The notes under the pieces were generated by a model. It ran no database searches and was not told the DNA's origin. It was given only the letters and a program-made list of their open reading frames with translations. From Octopus sinensis (taxonomy: Eukaryota), in assembly GCF_006345805.1 (NCBI RefSeq), contig NC_042998.1, positions 98,456,001 through 98,520,000 of the forward strand: a stretch of 64,000 nt of DNA, read 5' to 3'. Made by a program: the position numbers and the translations under genes. Shown here one piece after another: positions 11,760-25,433 of this stretch; positions within the stretch are counted from its first letter, which is position 1; each line of letters opens with the position of its first letter.

Positions 11760-13201
11760 CTGAAAGATACCTATAAAATTATTTTTGCCACAAGGGCAAC
11801 AAAATGTTACAATGAACATACACACGAACAAGGAAGCACTGAACACACACGTGTGTGTGTGTATATATATATTTGTTCTCATATATAAAAATGCTGTCGT
11901 GTGAATGTGTGCGTGTATATATACACACAAACACAAAACTTCGAAGTCACAATCACCCCTTTGTTGTAAAAACATTAAATATGTACTCTACAAAAAGTAT
12001 TGACTAATTCTTCAGTTGAATGTTTACTTGTTATTATAACTCGATAAAAACAAACGTATATTTGTTCTCCCATATATAGAAATAAGCGAAACAAACGTCT
12101 TCGTGTATGTATATATATATTCCTACCTCAGTTCATCTAATTATATATATATATCGTTACTTTTCATAAAAAGTCTTTACTTTCTTTGATTTCCAATGCG
12201 CATTTTCGCTTATTTTTCTTCTTACTTCACCCCCTCTCTCTCTATATATATATGTATGCATGCACACATCCATCCACACACACACACACATATATATATG
12301 TGTGTGTGTGTGCATCCATCCATCCACACACACATATATATATGTGGTGTGTGTGTGCATCCATCCATCCATATATATATATATCTATGGATGGATAGAT
12401 GCATGCACACATACATACACAATAAAAATGAAATCCGACCACCTTTCGCTTCAGGTATAAAACAGTTCCTCCTCTATATCCGCAATTAGTGGTCCTTTAT
12501 TGGTGCATATAACTTTAATCTATCCAACTTTCCATTCCACTTGATATTGAAAGAACTTGGAGGTGTCATCGAAGAAGAAAATAAATAGAATAGAAGCTTT
12601 GTCTGCCCTCACTCCTTCCAGTCTCATGTTCCCCACCCATCAGACAACTTGCAATGGTGGGGTAATCGTCACAGAGAGCACGTGATTGTGACGAAGGGTG
12701 GGTGGGGAAGAATTCAATATCTGATAATTTGACCAAATGGAATTTTCAAAGATTAACATTCTCGGACGTTAATTAAATTAGACGCGAGTCAAATAATGAA
12801 ACTAACATGAGTCGCCAGTTTTATTTTATAAAAAGATTACAAATAACCTTACTATAATTGTTTGTTTGCGTGTGTGTGTGCCTGTATATATATATATATA
12901 TATATATAACTGGGCACACTTCGTACTGGCTGTCTTTTCCGGCAATACTTTTAGAATAATAATTGTATAAGCTACTGCCTATATAGAATAAGCTGAATGC
13001 CACAGTTTTGCATTTCTCCGCTCTTAAATACCTAAGGTTTCATATACATTTATAAGAGAAAATACTGCAATTTTATTTGTCGAAAAGGAACGCAAATGAC
13101 AATATATTGTTGTAATTAAGAGGTGAGTAGAAAAAATAAATGAAAAACGTGTTCTTCGTGTTATACATATATATAAAATTCTGTGTATGAGTGTATCGAT
13201 A

Positions 13202-13236
<35 letters not shown>

Positions 13237-13407
13237 GGGAGGGAGATAATGGTTTCTCTGTTGTAAAGATGTAGCTTGTATAAAGTTATACGGTATATTT
13301 GTAAGGTGACAATTAAGAGAAGTGCTCGCATAATAACGCATGAAGCACTCCTTAACAACACCTCAGGTAAATTTGGATATTCTTTTATTTCCCTGTATGC
13401 ATATACA

Positions 13408-13454
<47 letters not shown>

Positions 13455-13835
13455 GCACGCACGCACACACACACCTTTATAAATGATTCGTATGTGAATT
13501 AAACGTGTTCAACAAGTCTACCGGAATTAATTAACTTGAAGGTTGGCATAAACCATTTGAGGAAATCTATAACACCCTCATATACTAAACATCGAATTAT
13601 CTTATTATCGAATTATACCGCACGCACCTAATATTTTGGAAGGTAATAAAACAATTCGGTGACTAGAAGAATTCGGGATAATTGCCTTTAGTAAAATAAA
13701 CCTGAAATTCAGTCGACAAAAGTTTCTGGTAAACATAAACACCGTCACTCGTAGTGTTGTTTCTAACTGGAAACTGAAATAATTAAATTAAACATCGCTT
13801 CAGAAATGATATATTCTATCTTCTTGTACACTTAC

Positions 13836-13911
13836 CATATGTTCTGGACTCTCTGAGGGGAAGTCCACGCTCGAAACGAGTTAATTTCGGATAAATCGGC
13901 TGCTGCTGCAT
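13836..13911 (-). CDS. Probable first coding segment of unidentified gene A (MQQQPIYPKLTRFERGLPLRESRTY+G) within exon 14016-13836
   Basis: Long polypyrimidine tract plus TACAG acceptor (AG 14018-14017) and strong donor ATG|GTAAGT (13835-13830). The ATG at 13911 is open to the donor. The alternative start is the ATG at 13838-13836. Confidence 0.5.
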
Positions 13912-14637
13912 TTCACATGAACGCAATTCAAATTTCCTTCCAGGTAATTTTACCCACAATTCTTTGCGTTGAAACTGTTACGAGTGTGTGTAGAGGAGGG
14001 GTTCTGTCGAGTGCACCTGTATTATAAAAAGAGAGAGAGAGGGAGGGAGAAGTGGGAAGGTATATATAGAGGGGGAATAGGGTGAAAGTAAGAGAGAAAG
14101 AGAACGTATATATAGAAAGGGAAGGAGAGAACTTGTATACAGTGTTACTCAGCAAAACCATACAAGCAGAAAGTATATATACTCAAATGACAGACAATGA
14201 AATGAGAGGAAGAGAATAAAAGTAAAAGGGACAACAGATATACATACAGTAGCAGCCACTTATAGTCACTTAATATAATCAACTGATTATTGTAATTAGA
14301 TTTGTTTAATATTCTCATCTGGCTTCGTCTTAAAGCGATCACAGTAAGCAACTTTCACTACACTCACATATGTATATCACATACACACATAGGAGCGCTA
14401 AAAAACTGAGAAGTTAACGTAGATTGATAAAATTTGATAAGTTAGCCCCCACTCCCCGCTGCTTGAGTTAATGAGAATGGAGAAGATAAAGTAGTGAGAA
14501 GCTTTACTGACAATTAGAGGAAGGGGAACGCAGGATGAGGCAGATAACTATAGTAAGTTAAGATAAGGTGAGGGGGTATGAGAGTAGAAAAGCTACAATA
14601 GACAGTAACGGAGTTACAGGTAATAAGCGAGTTTTAC

Positions 14638-14700
14638 CTCTTGTTGAATGTGATTCACGCAGCAGCTGACCAGTCAATGTTTTTATTGAGAAAAGTTTTT
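14638..14700 (-). other. Candidate non-coding first exon of gene A (5' limit uncertain)
   Basis: Donor GAG|GTAAAA at 14637; would splice to the 14016 acceptor (621-nt intron). Confidence 0.35.
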
Positions 14701-14819
14701 CTTTTTTTTTTTTAAAGCAAATTTCTCAGATAAAAGTATCCGTTCAGGCAACTTTTAAATTTCAACAATTAATTACATGACAGCTTTTAAAACGATTCTT
14801 GAAGTTTGATAATTATAGT

Positions 14820-16750
14820 TAAGTTTTGGCCAGAATTGGCCTAGGCCATGACTAACTTAGTAGCACCATTTGAGAAAACATTTAATCATGCTTCATGTTA
14901 GTCATACTTTGGACACCATAGTCCATTTGAGTAATGTGTTATTGTTTGCAGAGATATATCCAGGTGTTGGTGGTAGATCTTCAATTTGTTGGCGGTATTC
15001 ATCTAGGAAGTGTTTGAATTTTGTGAGATCTTTCTCTTCTTTTATGTGTATTAGTACAATGTTAGAAAGAGCAGGGCTAGTTGAAGTTAAGTAAGTTCTA
15101 TCTTACTGCATGATGTGATGTGAGCACAATTTTTGCAGAGGACAAACGGTAGAGAGACGGTACCCGGGGTGAATTTTAAAGTTGATGCCAACATTGTTTT
15201 GGCAATGTTGATGGAATATTTTCCACATCGTACAAATGATACAGTGCTCATGGCAGCTTTGGAGAGAACATAATTTGAGCTTCTTGTGCCAATCCTAGTA
15301 ATCAAGACTGGTCATATCGTCTATTTTTTTTTTTTGTGATTGATCTTAAGGATGCCTCAATTTTTATAATAGTTTGCTTCATGTAGAGAGACTATGGCAG
15401 ACACCAGTATTCAAGATGAGGATGAGCAAATGTAGAGAAGAAAAAGATAATGATGAAAGCATCTCTGGATTGGTAAGTCCTAAGGATCCAGGAGCACGTC
15501 CTGTGGGCCATGTCATCTTTGTGGGTTATGTGGGCATTCTGGCTTAAATTGTTGTCAACAGTTATTTCGATATCCCTAGTAGTGTTTGATGTCATGAAGT
15601 TTTCATCCAAGGATAGAGTATATGGTAGCTTAAGTGCAGCTTATTTACTCAAGTGGATTAATTTGAATTTATCTCCATTTAGCATCATATTGTGTTTTTT
15701 CCACCCATTGGATGACAGTGGACAAATCTGATAGGAGATTTATCTAGTCTTGAACTCTGCTGACAATCTTCAGAAGCTTAGAATCATCTGCAAAATTTTA
15801 AAGTTGTGTTTGATGATGTCAGTGGTGTCATTAATGTAAGTAATGAAGAGAAGTGGGACAAATACAATGCTTTGTGGGACTCCACTTATGACTCTTACTG
15901 AGCTTGATTGAATACCACTGATTACTATAAGCTGAGTGTACACTAGAAAACACAAAATCCACTTTAATAGTTACCTTTGGGCTCCAATTTTGGATAGTTT
16001 CTTTAACAGGTTGCTGTGTCAACCTTGCTGAAGTCAAGATATATGACATCTGCATTGAAACCCACTCCTATAGCCTTTAGGACATTGTCAAAGTGATGTA
16101 GAAGCTATGTTAGACAGTCTGTGCCATTACAGAAAAGCATGTTGGTTGGAAATAAGCAGACTATTACTCTCCAAGAAGGAAGTTACTCAAGATCTCGCCA
16201 CTCTCTCAAATAATTTGATGATATGAGAGGTAAATGAGGTCAGCTGGCAATTCACTGTGAGTGATTTGTTTCCTTTTTGAAAACTGGAATAATCAGCTAG
16301 GATAGAAGATTATTAGGAATATGACCAGAGAAGATGTGAGTTAATGTCAACGCTCCATCAGGACTCTATCAGGGAACCTATGGGGCCCTCAGCTGTTTTT
16401 AATTCTATCTATAGCTGCTATCATATAAAAGATATCAAGGGATATTTAAGATAGGATGTACAGAGGTGGATGAGTGCAGTAAGGTGTTATTTTACTGATG
16501 CTGTCTAGAGATTAATTGATTTTTTGATTAATCCTTTTTATTTTTCAGATAAGGGTTTTTCTGTTTTGTAGTTGCCAGTATTTAGCCTTGTTTGTGGACT
16601 ATAGTTGAGTGTGGCATAGCATGTATCTTTTACCATTTACTTGTTTGTCAATGGACTGCCATGTTAGTTCAACAAAATTGACCTCAACATCTATTTCTTG
16701 TTTTAGTTTGATACATATTTTTTTGAACTACTATGTTGCCAGAATGTAAA
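14820..16750 (-). mobile_element. Degenerate CR1-clade LINE (RT to 3' end)
   Basis: Minus-strand fragments LTSHIIKLFERV, NQHAF, DVIYLDFSK, VISGVPQSIVFVPLLFITYIND, HPHLEY and the C-terminal PTPGYISANNNTLLKW, with many stops and frameshifts. Confidence 0.9.
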
Positions 16751-17085
16751 CAAACACCATTTCTCAAGTGGCAGTGGGAGAAAACATAAAAATATGCACA
16801 CACACATGCAGGCATATAGATATACCTACATATCCATATCTAAATGTATCATCCAACCCATGCCACCATGGACAATGGATGTTAAATGATGATGATATGA
16901 TTTCACACAATTTTTGTCAACTGAATTCACTCACAAGGCATTGTTTGACCCCTGGAACTACAGTTGATTGAACCTGAAACCATGTGGTTGCAAAATGAGC
17001 TTCTTAACCACACAGTCAAGCTTGTGCCTATAGTTACGCACATACACACACACATACTCACGTGTGGGTGTATATATGTGTGTGA

Positions 17086-17398
17086 GTGAAGGCGCGTGGC
17101 TTAGTGGTTAAGGCATTCAGCTCATGATTGTAAGGTCGTGAGTTTGATTCCCGGTGACACATTGTGTCCTTGAGCAAGACACTTTATTTCACATTGCTCC
17201 AGTCTACTCAGCTGGCAAAAATGAGTTGTACTTGTATTTCAAAGGGCCAGCCTTGTCACGCTGAATCTCCTTGAGAACTATGTTAGGGGTACACGTGTCT
17301 GTGAATTGCTCAGTCACTTGCATGTTAATTTCACAAGCAGGCTGTTCCGTTGATCGTATCAGCTGGGACCCTCATCATCGTAACTGACGGAGTGCTCC
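17086..17398 (+). mobile_element. tRNA-derived SINE family B
   Basis: A-box TGGCTTAGTGG, B-box GAGTTTGATTCC, then GTGTCCTTGAGCAAGACACTT. Three further copies in the window. Confidence 0.9.
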
Positions 17399-17408
17399 TT
17401 ATATATTG

Positions 17409-17554
17409 AGAAAAAGGAGGCAGTCAGAATTTTGGATAATCTCTTATTAGCACTTTTCTTCGTTTAACTGAACTCATAAAAAAAATAAATCCAAATTAAA
17501 CGAATGAAAGCACTAATAAAAATTTATCCAAAAATTTGACTACCTCCTTTTTCT
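17409..17554. mobile_element. Foldback element (same family as 31591-31771), centre deleted
   Basis: AGAAAAAGGAGGCAGTCAGAATTTTGGATAA mirrors TTATCCAAAAATTTGACTACCTCCTTTTTCT. Confidence 0.8.
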
Positions 17555-17697
17555 AATTATACAATATCTGTACACCACTTAAAACACTCAATACATACAC
17601 ACACACATGCGTATATAAATATATATATATATATTCAAACCTTCTTTCATATATATTTCCACCTGTGTGGTACCTTACAATTTCACTTTGTTATATA

Positions 17698-17730
<33 letters not shown>

Positions 17731-17897
17731 ACATACTGGTATGTACTAGTGTTTACAAACTGAGAAGTAGCCAGAAATAGTCCAGAAATGTTTTTAATAA
17801 AGGCATATTTGGTTTATAAAGCACTGTTGCATTTGTTTTGAAAGTATCTCTTATGTAAGAAATTAAATTGTTTTTCAATGTCTGTACAGCAGTCATA

Positions 17898-18084
17898 CCA
17901 TATTTTCCAGAATATAAGTTGATGTAATATAAAGTGTAAACATTTAAATATTGTCACTACTCCTGCTGCATTTCACAGAAATTTTGGTCCTCCAAAGTTG
18001 TCTTGGTATTACCAGTCAACCTACCTTTTTTTTTGGTAGTAAATTTTGGTCTGAAAAATTCAACTTGTATACTGGAAAATATGA
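17898..18084. mobile_element. Tc1/mariner-pogo-type MITE
   Basis: ~25-bp TIRs CCATATTTTCCAGAATATAAGTTGA / TCAACTTGTATACTGGAAAATATGA with TA on both sides. Second copy at 27360. Confidence 0.85.
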
Positions 18085-18276
18085 TAGTAGCCCATGTCTA
18101 AAGTATTGCATTATTGATAGGCAGTCAAGCATTCAATATCAATGGTATATTTCATAATTTAAGTGTCTAATTCGAACATATTAAATAAAAACACAAGACT
18201 CAGTAAATATAAAACAGTTTTATTCTATTTCAAATTATTATTAAACATAATTATTGTCTTTTATTCTTAAAATTCT

Positions 18277-18579
18277 TTAATTTTTAAAGTAATCTGAATC
18301 AAAATAAGGTCTTGCACACCATTTGATGCCTTCATTGACTTCTTTGGAAAGTAAATGTCTGTTGATGTCATCATAAAAACCATGAACCATCTTAGCTTTC
18401 ACAACCTCAAAGAGTTCTTTTTCCTTGCAAGAGTCTGAAAATTTGGCAGATATAATGGAATCAATTTGATTGGTGGGAATCTTATTTGGTAATCTGATCA
18501 AAATGTCTGTATGTAACAAGCCCTTCTTCTTTCCCATGGCATTAGTGATTAGATCATAATTTATAGCAAATTGTAGCAT
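18277..18579 (-). pseudogene. Helitron Rep (HUH endonuclease) fragment
   Basis: KKKGLLHTDILIRL...IDSIISAKFSD...ELFEVVKAKMVHG resembles Helitron Rep motif 2 (QKRGLPHAHIL...IDxIISAEIPD...LxxVVxxxMxHGPC). Confidence 0.8.
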
Positions 18580-20286
18580 AGAAGTCTACATTTAGTTGTG
18601 ACTGTAATTTCAACTTGTATTCATAAAATTTAACTTCCTGTACAAATTAACTAAAATTAATCGATATGATGTGCATATGCACCAACATAATAAGTACAAG
18701 CTTTACAATAATAAAATCTTCTGCTAAACCTGTTACATTATTAAACAGAAACAAATAGCAATAGAGTCAGTAGAAATAGGAAGAAAGAGAGAAAGAAGGG
18801 CCAGAAGTTAAAAAATCAGCATGAAGGGAAACATATGAAGACCTACAGTAACACAATATAAAAAATCATAAAGAACAAAAGCATACTAGGAATAGATAGG
18901 ATTTATGCAGGTGGTGACCAGTGTCTGAATATGAATTTTCTCATTTGTATGCAGAGAGTGAAGATCTCCATCATGGAATTAACATATAGGCTTAGTTTCA
19001 ACAAATTCCTTAAGGTTATGTTCTTTTCTGGTATCCAAAGCTTGCACCCCTTGGTAGCATTCAAGTATGACCTGGAATTTTTAGTGATCTCCAGCTGATG
19101 TCAAAGTGAATATTGAAATCAGAGACAAACAATGACCTAGAAAAAGGCAAACCCTCATTGGATTACAAAGAGCATGTTTATATATTGCATGCCTGGAAAA
19201 AAATGAACTATATTGGTGCAGATATGGATATGTGATTGAGAAGTTTATTTTGCAAGTGCATGATTCCAATAAAAGATTAAATACTGGCGTTAATATAATT
19301 GACCTTTGAAAGCAGATCCTCATTTCTCAAATGTTTCAGTCTCAATTACTGAACCAGTAAATGAGAATATATTTGTAAGTAAAACGAACAGAAACTAATT
19401 GTGAAGTTGACGAGTAAAACAGGTAAAATGTAGCTATAATGTTTGGCTATTCAGTAAAAGTGAGTCAGTTGAAGTGTGTTGAATCAAAGTTATGTCATCT
19501 GAAGCCTAAAAACCATAGCTGAATTGTTGGGATGATGACCTGCTGATATTACTGGTGCTGTATTGTTGTACTAGGTTAAGAAACAGATTGACACAACCTA
19601 ATTATAAATAGGTTCCATGTGTTGAATGACTGCTTAAATTAAGCTTAATTAATAGGTCATCCCCACAGCATTACAGTCACTCTCTCACCTTATCTATGTT
19701 TGAGCTAAATCACAGGAAATGACTGAATCTGATTGTCATTATTATTATTACTATTATTATTATCATTATTATCATTATTATTATTATTATTATTTGCAAG
19801 CAAACGAAAGAATGCATGACATCACAGCTGACAACTGAGCTCAACATAACAATTATTGATTTTATGCTCTCTTTCTCTCTCCCCACTTCTCTTTATCTTC
19901 AATTTCCTTCTAATTAAGACTACACACACACACACAATTCAGACAACACTGTATCACTGGTTCTCATTCCCTTTCCAACAATGGAATAGATCACTGCTAT
20001 GTCTCATTTTTCCTCTGATGATGGAAAAGATCACTGATTTACAAATTGCTACCACTTGCTTTGAAAAATATGTATTTTCTGTGCTTTTGTTTTTGAAACA
20101 GCTGTTAGAGACTTCCTGCACACCTATTCACTTCCTTCCTTATGATCTAAACTCATGTAACACAATGTTAAAAATATGTCATAATTTAAGTAGAAACCAG
20201 TTGTTTTGCTTGTTCAAACTATTTATCTTTTCTGCTTACACACACACACACACAAGTATTGTGTATCTTTTTTTTAAATATTTTTT

Positions 20287-20775
20287 ACTTGTTTCAGTCA
20301 TTTGACTGTGGCCATGCTGGATCACCGCCTTTAGTCAAGCAAATTGACCCCTAGGACTTATTCTTTGTAAGCCTAGTACTTATTCTATCACTCTCTTTTG
20401 CTGAACTGCTAAGTTACGGGGACATAAACAAACCAGCATCGGTTGTCAAGCAATGTTGGGGGGACAAACACAGTCACACAAACATATACACACACATACA
20501 TATTTTTTGAGTTTGGTATTTATTCTATTGGTCTCTTTTGTTGAACAGCTAAGTTACAGGTGATGTAAACAAACCAACACCAGTTCTCAAGTGTTGGTGG
20601 GAACAAACATAAACACACACACAATGAGCTTCCACAAAATTTCTATCTATCAAATTCACTTAACAAAGCATTGGATGACCTGGGGCTACAATAGAAGACA
20701 CTTGCTTAAGGTGTTGCATTATAGAACTGAACATGAAATGACATGGTTGCAAAGTGAGCATCTTAACCACAGTCC
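20287..20775 (-). mobile_element. Two adjacent SINE family A copies (3' half plus a longer decayed copy)
   Basis: The GCTAAGTTAC...ACCAGCATC/ACCAACACC segment occurs twice, followed by a family A head in reverse. Confidence 0.8.
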
Positions 20776-20959
20776 TGCTGATATAACGTTAGGTTCAGTC
20801 ATACCTGTGTCTAACATTATATTGGCAGGACTGTCTCTAGGGGTGCTGGCACCCTCAGTAAGCTGGATTTCAGTACCTTTATAAGTAAAATTTTAAAATT
20901 AGTTCAAGGAAAGAGAGCTGCATATGAAAGAATGAACTGTGTATTACAATATATGTTGT

Positions 20960-21283
20960 AAAGTTGCATGGCTTAGTAGTTAGATTATTTGGCTTACACT
21001 CTTGAGATTGTGAGTTCGATTCCCAGCAGTAAGTTGTGTCTTTGAGCAAGGCACTTTACTTCACATTGCTCTAGTTCACTCAGTTGATAAAAATGAATTG
21101 TACCTGTAATTCAAAAGGGCCAGCCTTGTCACATTCTGTGTCACGCTGAATTTCCATGAGGACTACATTAAGGGTATGTGTGTCTGTGGAATGCTCAGCC
21201 ACTTGCTCATTAATTTGACAAGTTGGCTGTTCTGTTGATCGAATGAACTGAAACACTCGGCGTCATAACCGATGGAGAGCCAG
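20960..21283 (+). mobile_element. SINE family B
   Basis: Colinear with 17086-17398. Confidence 0.9.
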
Positions 21284-21748
21284 ACCACAAAATATAAGCT
21301 GAAGTGAACAATTCAAACACAGCATCAAAGGTTTGAAATCTGTTCATTAATATGATGAGGGAGAGCAAGAGAGAGAGAGAGTGAGAGACAGAAACTGTAT
21401 GTTATGTTAATAGCAATGATCATAATATAGTTTTGTTATAAACAAGTACTGAGTGGAAGATGGAGGTAGGGTGAGAGAAAGTCTGGAAGGTGCCATTGAT
21501 CTTTTGTTGATGACATGCTAATCTCTATTTTTATCTGGTAAATCTTTTATGTTATTTAAAATTGTGTATGAGTTATTGAAACTTTGTAACTGTTCAAATC
21601 TCTCTGATAAAGAATTAATGGTCTGTGCTGTGTATTACAGAGAACTGATGATTTTTACAAATCTTTCCAGGTCATCTATATTTGGAGCTTCATCAATGCA
21701 TTCATATCCAAATATCTTTATTTTCAGCATATCTTATTTTAAAAATAT

Positions 21749-21915
21749 AAGCACAGGCGTGGCTGTGTGGTTAAGAAGCTCATTTTGCAACCACGTGGTT
21801 TTGGGTTCAGTCACACTGTTCAGCACTTTGGGCAAGTGATTTTTACTGTAGCCCTGAGCTGATCAATGCCTTGTGAGTGGATTTGGTAGGCAGAAAGAGT
21901 GTAGAAGTCTATCAT
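21749..21915 (+). mobile_element. SINE family A head
   Basis: GCACAGGCGTGGCTGTGTGGTTAAGAAGC...GTGAGTGGATTTGGTAG. Confidence 0.85.
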
Positions 21916-21963
21916 GTTTATATACATATATTAAGACATTAAATGATATATATATATATATAT

Positions 21964-22380
21964 ACTAGCAGTATCGCCTGGCGTTGCTCATGTTTGTTTC
22001 GACCTTTTAGAATTGGAATTTTTGAAAAGTAAAGATTTTGCATTATGTAGTTTGTTATTCTCCTTAAGTGAACATTTTTCTGGTTGAAATATACCGAAAA
22101 ATGGCGACACAGCAGTAAAAAAATTGTAAAAAATAGGGTTTTTTTACACCTTTTTGCTGTAAATGCACCTTTTTTGATACACCTTTTTGATGTAAATTAT
22201 TTTTGGTCTTAACATGGTCCAATTTGAATTTTATCTTCTACAGAATGAAGAGCAAGCCTTCTTCTATCATACTCTCAATTTTGGTCAACTTGCGCCGCCG
22301 GATCTCGGAGGAGATAGTGTTAGTTGAAGGCTACCAAACCTACCACACACACAGACAACTTCAGCTTTATATACATAGAT
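21964..22380 (+). mobile_element. Non-autonomous Helitron/Helentron-like element
   Basis: Starts ACTAGCAGTATCGCCTGGCGTTGC, ends CAGCTTTATATACATAGAT, sits in a TA tract and is CpG-rich (young). These termini are typical of HINE/DINE-1-like elements. Confidence 0.65.
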
Positions 22381-23586
22381 AATATAATAAATGTGAATGT
22401 CAGTGTCTCACTTTTTCAACTTTATTCCTAGACACCGTAGCCCAACATATCATACCATTTTGGAATCAGGCCATATCATACCATTTTGGAATCAGTGAGA
22501 AAATTAGAAACATTCTAGGCTAAATCCGGACCACAATCCTGAAATTCTGGATTCCCAAGTTGTCATTATTGAGATTGTTTTCAGCGATTTTTTGCGACAT
22601 ATTTTTTGTACGATAACAATTTTTACTAGCTGGACCATGAAAACTTCATGGAAAACATAAAAGAAGTAAGCATCTGTAAATAGTGGCTTCATTTAATAAC
22701 TAACAAATAATTATGGGCATATCTACAGATGTATACCCCACCGACTTTGTTGCCTCATAAATTCCATAAATAATCGCTTAGATCCTGTTGATTGAGATTT
22801 GTTGGAAAAAACTTTTCTGAGGAGCTAGGGAGAGCAGTTTTGGAAAATTCACATGACCTGATATCTTCCGCCTTATAACTTTCAGGAAAATTGGTATTTT
22901 TTGATGAAATTTTATATAAATACCTTCCAAACAGCTTAGAATAACTGTCACAATGGCTTTATCATATATTGTCCAACGAAAAGTTTTCCAGCGTTTTCTC
23001 TCTGAGAATAGCTTCATTCTCTTTCACTATCATTCTCTATCCACTCCTTTAGTTCACTAAATCTCTTTCCCCTCCATCCTCTATGCCTCCTTGCTTCTAA
23101 CCTTTCTCCTGTGTTTAACACAGTATATTCCTCTTACCTTTCAGTGCTATCAATGTCCTCTCTCACTCTCTTTATCGCTTTCTCACTCCTTCTTACTCTC
23201 TGTTCTTTGCCACTTTGCCTCTTACTTCAACTATACTTCTTCTGCTTAACAAGTTTCATTTTTCTCTTTTTACCTCTTCCTTTCAACTAAGTGTGACACA
23301 CACCACAGGTACTTACATATGTAACTACGTAGGTATTAGCATATTCATTTAACAATTTTTATAACTTGGAAATAAATTTGGGAATAATTGAAATAAATTG
23401 CTAAATCCAGCAAAAGTCACCCATGAAATAGCCAAGGCAGAAGCGAGGAAAAGAAAGTCCCATGCAAATGAAAACTCAGGTTAAATGCAGCCAGGAGAGC
23501 TTCCAATGTAGCCAACATGAGAAGAGTAAGGGATTCAGAATCACTAGAGCAATCAGAAACCAGGAGAGCTTCCAATAATGTACAGG
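22381..23586 (+). mobile_element. Composite transposon-derived segment, probably Helitron 5' region
   Basis: Starts AATATAATAAATGTGAATGTC; contains a 24-bp tandem duplication (22446-22469, 22472-22495) and repeated CCAGGAGAGCTTCCAAT near 23500-23580. Confidence 0.35.
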
Positions 23587-24144
23587 AGCTAGCTTAAAAG
23601 CTGCCTGATTGGGCGGCTTTTAAGCTCTCTATCTCTCTCACCTCCAGCCCCCTCGATCTGNNNNNNNNNNNNNNNNNNNNNNNNNNNNNNNNNNNNNNNN
23701 NNNNNNNNNNNNNNNNNNNNNNNNNNNNNNNNNNNNNNNNNNNNNNNNNNNNNNNNNNNNGGGAGTAGGGCGTTACCCGGTGTAGATGAGTAAGGCGTAT
23801 CCGGTGTAGATGGTGAGGACAGGGTATACTGGTATTGGTGGTGGGAGGTGAGGAACAGTGTTCACCGGTATTGGTGGTGGGGGTGAGAACAGTGTTCATC
23901 GGTATTGGTGGTGGTGGGGGTGGGGGGGCGGGCGCACCGCCAATGGCTGAAAGATGGGAAGAGATGGGAAGAGATGGGAAGAGATGGATTACGGCTTGAG
24001 GTAGCTGGCCTAAGGTTAAATTTTGTAGAGAGAGAGATAGAAAGATAAATCAAGTTATGGCGAAGGCTTGAAAGTAGCCTAAAAGGTTAAATTTTCGTAA
24101 CAATGTATGAAGAAACGTAGTAACAACGAATAAAATAGTAAGAT
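23587..24144 (+). mobile_element. Second Helentron-like non-autonomous element spanning the assembly gap
   Basis: 15-bp 5' hairpin AGCTTAAAAGCTGCC/GGCGGCTTTTAAGCT (23591-23626), GC-rich internal minisatellites, 3' end ATAAAATAGTAAGAT. Confidence 0.55.
23661..23760. other. Assembly gap (100 N)
   Basis: Run of N. Confidence 1.
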
Positions 24145-24768
<624 letters not shown>

Positions 24769-24844
24769 ATATTTTACTATAAAATCGATTTAATCCTAAA
24801 TCTGATTTTTTTCCCTGAAATTTGGATTATTCCCTAATATTTAT

Positions 24845-24876
<32 letters not shown>

Positions 24877-24907
24877 AATTAAATGATATATATATATATA
24901 CATTAAA

Positions 24908-24943
<36 letters not shown>

Positions 24944-24978
24944 TAAATGATATATAATATATATATATACATTAAATG

Positions 24979-25021
<43 letters not shown>

Positions 25022-25282
25022 TAAATGATATATATATATATATATATACATTAAATTGATATATATATATAATATACATTAAATGATAATATATATAATA
25101 AATATATATATATATATATATATACATTAAATGATATATATATAATATACATTAAATGATATATATATATATATATATTATACATTAAATGATATATATA
25201 TATAATATAATATATACATTAAATGATATATATATATATATACATTAAATGATATATATATAGATATATATATATAATTAAA

Positions 25283-25318
<36 letters not shown>

Positions 25319-25400
25319 TAAATGATATATATATAATAATATATACATTACTGATATATATATATATATATATACATAAATGATATATATATATAATAAA
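24877..25400. repeat. Minisatellite: about 16 CATTAAATGA-like units separated by variable (TA)n
   Basis: Seen directly; more units at 25823-25880 and 21937. Confidence 0.9.
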
Positions 25401-25433
25401 TATTATATATATATATATATAATACATATACAT

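Larger units (their letters stand above)
11400..14800. promoter_or_regulatory. CpG-retaining (probably hypomethylated) promoter / 5' region
   Basis: CG dinucleotides are visibly frequent outside repeats here compared with the CpG-depleted flanks, and the region contains strong splice donors. Confidence 0.6.

Noticed and set aside
17086-17170. tRNA gene-like A/B boxes (also at 25434, 50543, 60290)
   Set aside because: They are heads of multi-copy SINEs with shared downstream bodies and no complete cloverleaf.
19856-20305. 149-aa ORF starting at TTG
   Set aside because: Non-ATG start, includes CA repeats and a SINE end, and shows no motif.
24877-25400. CRISPR-like repeat-spacer appearance
   Set aside because: Units are 10 bp, the spacers are pure (TA)n, there are no cas genes, and the context is eukaryotic.
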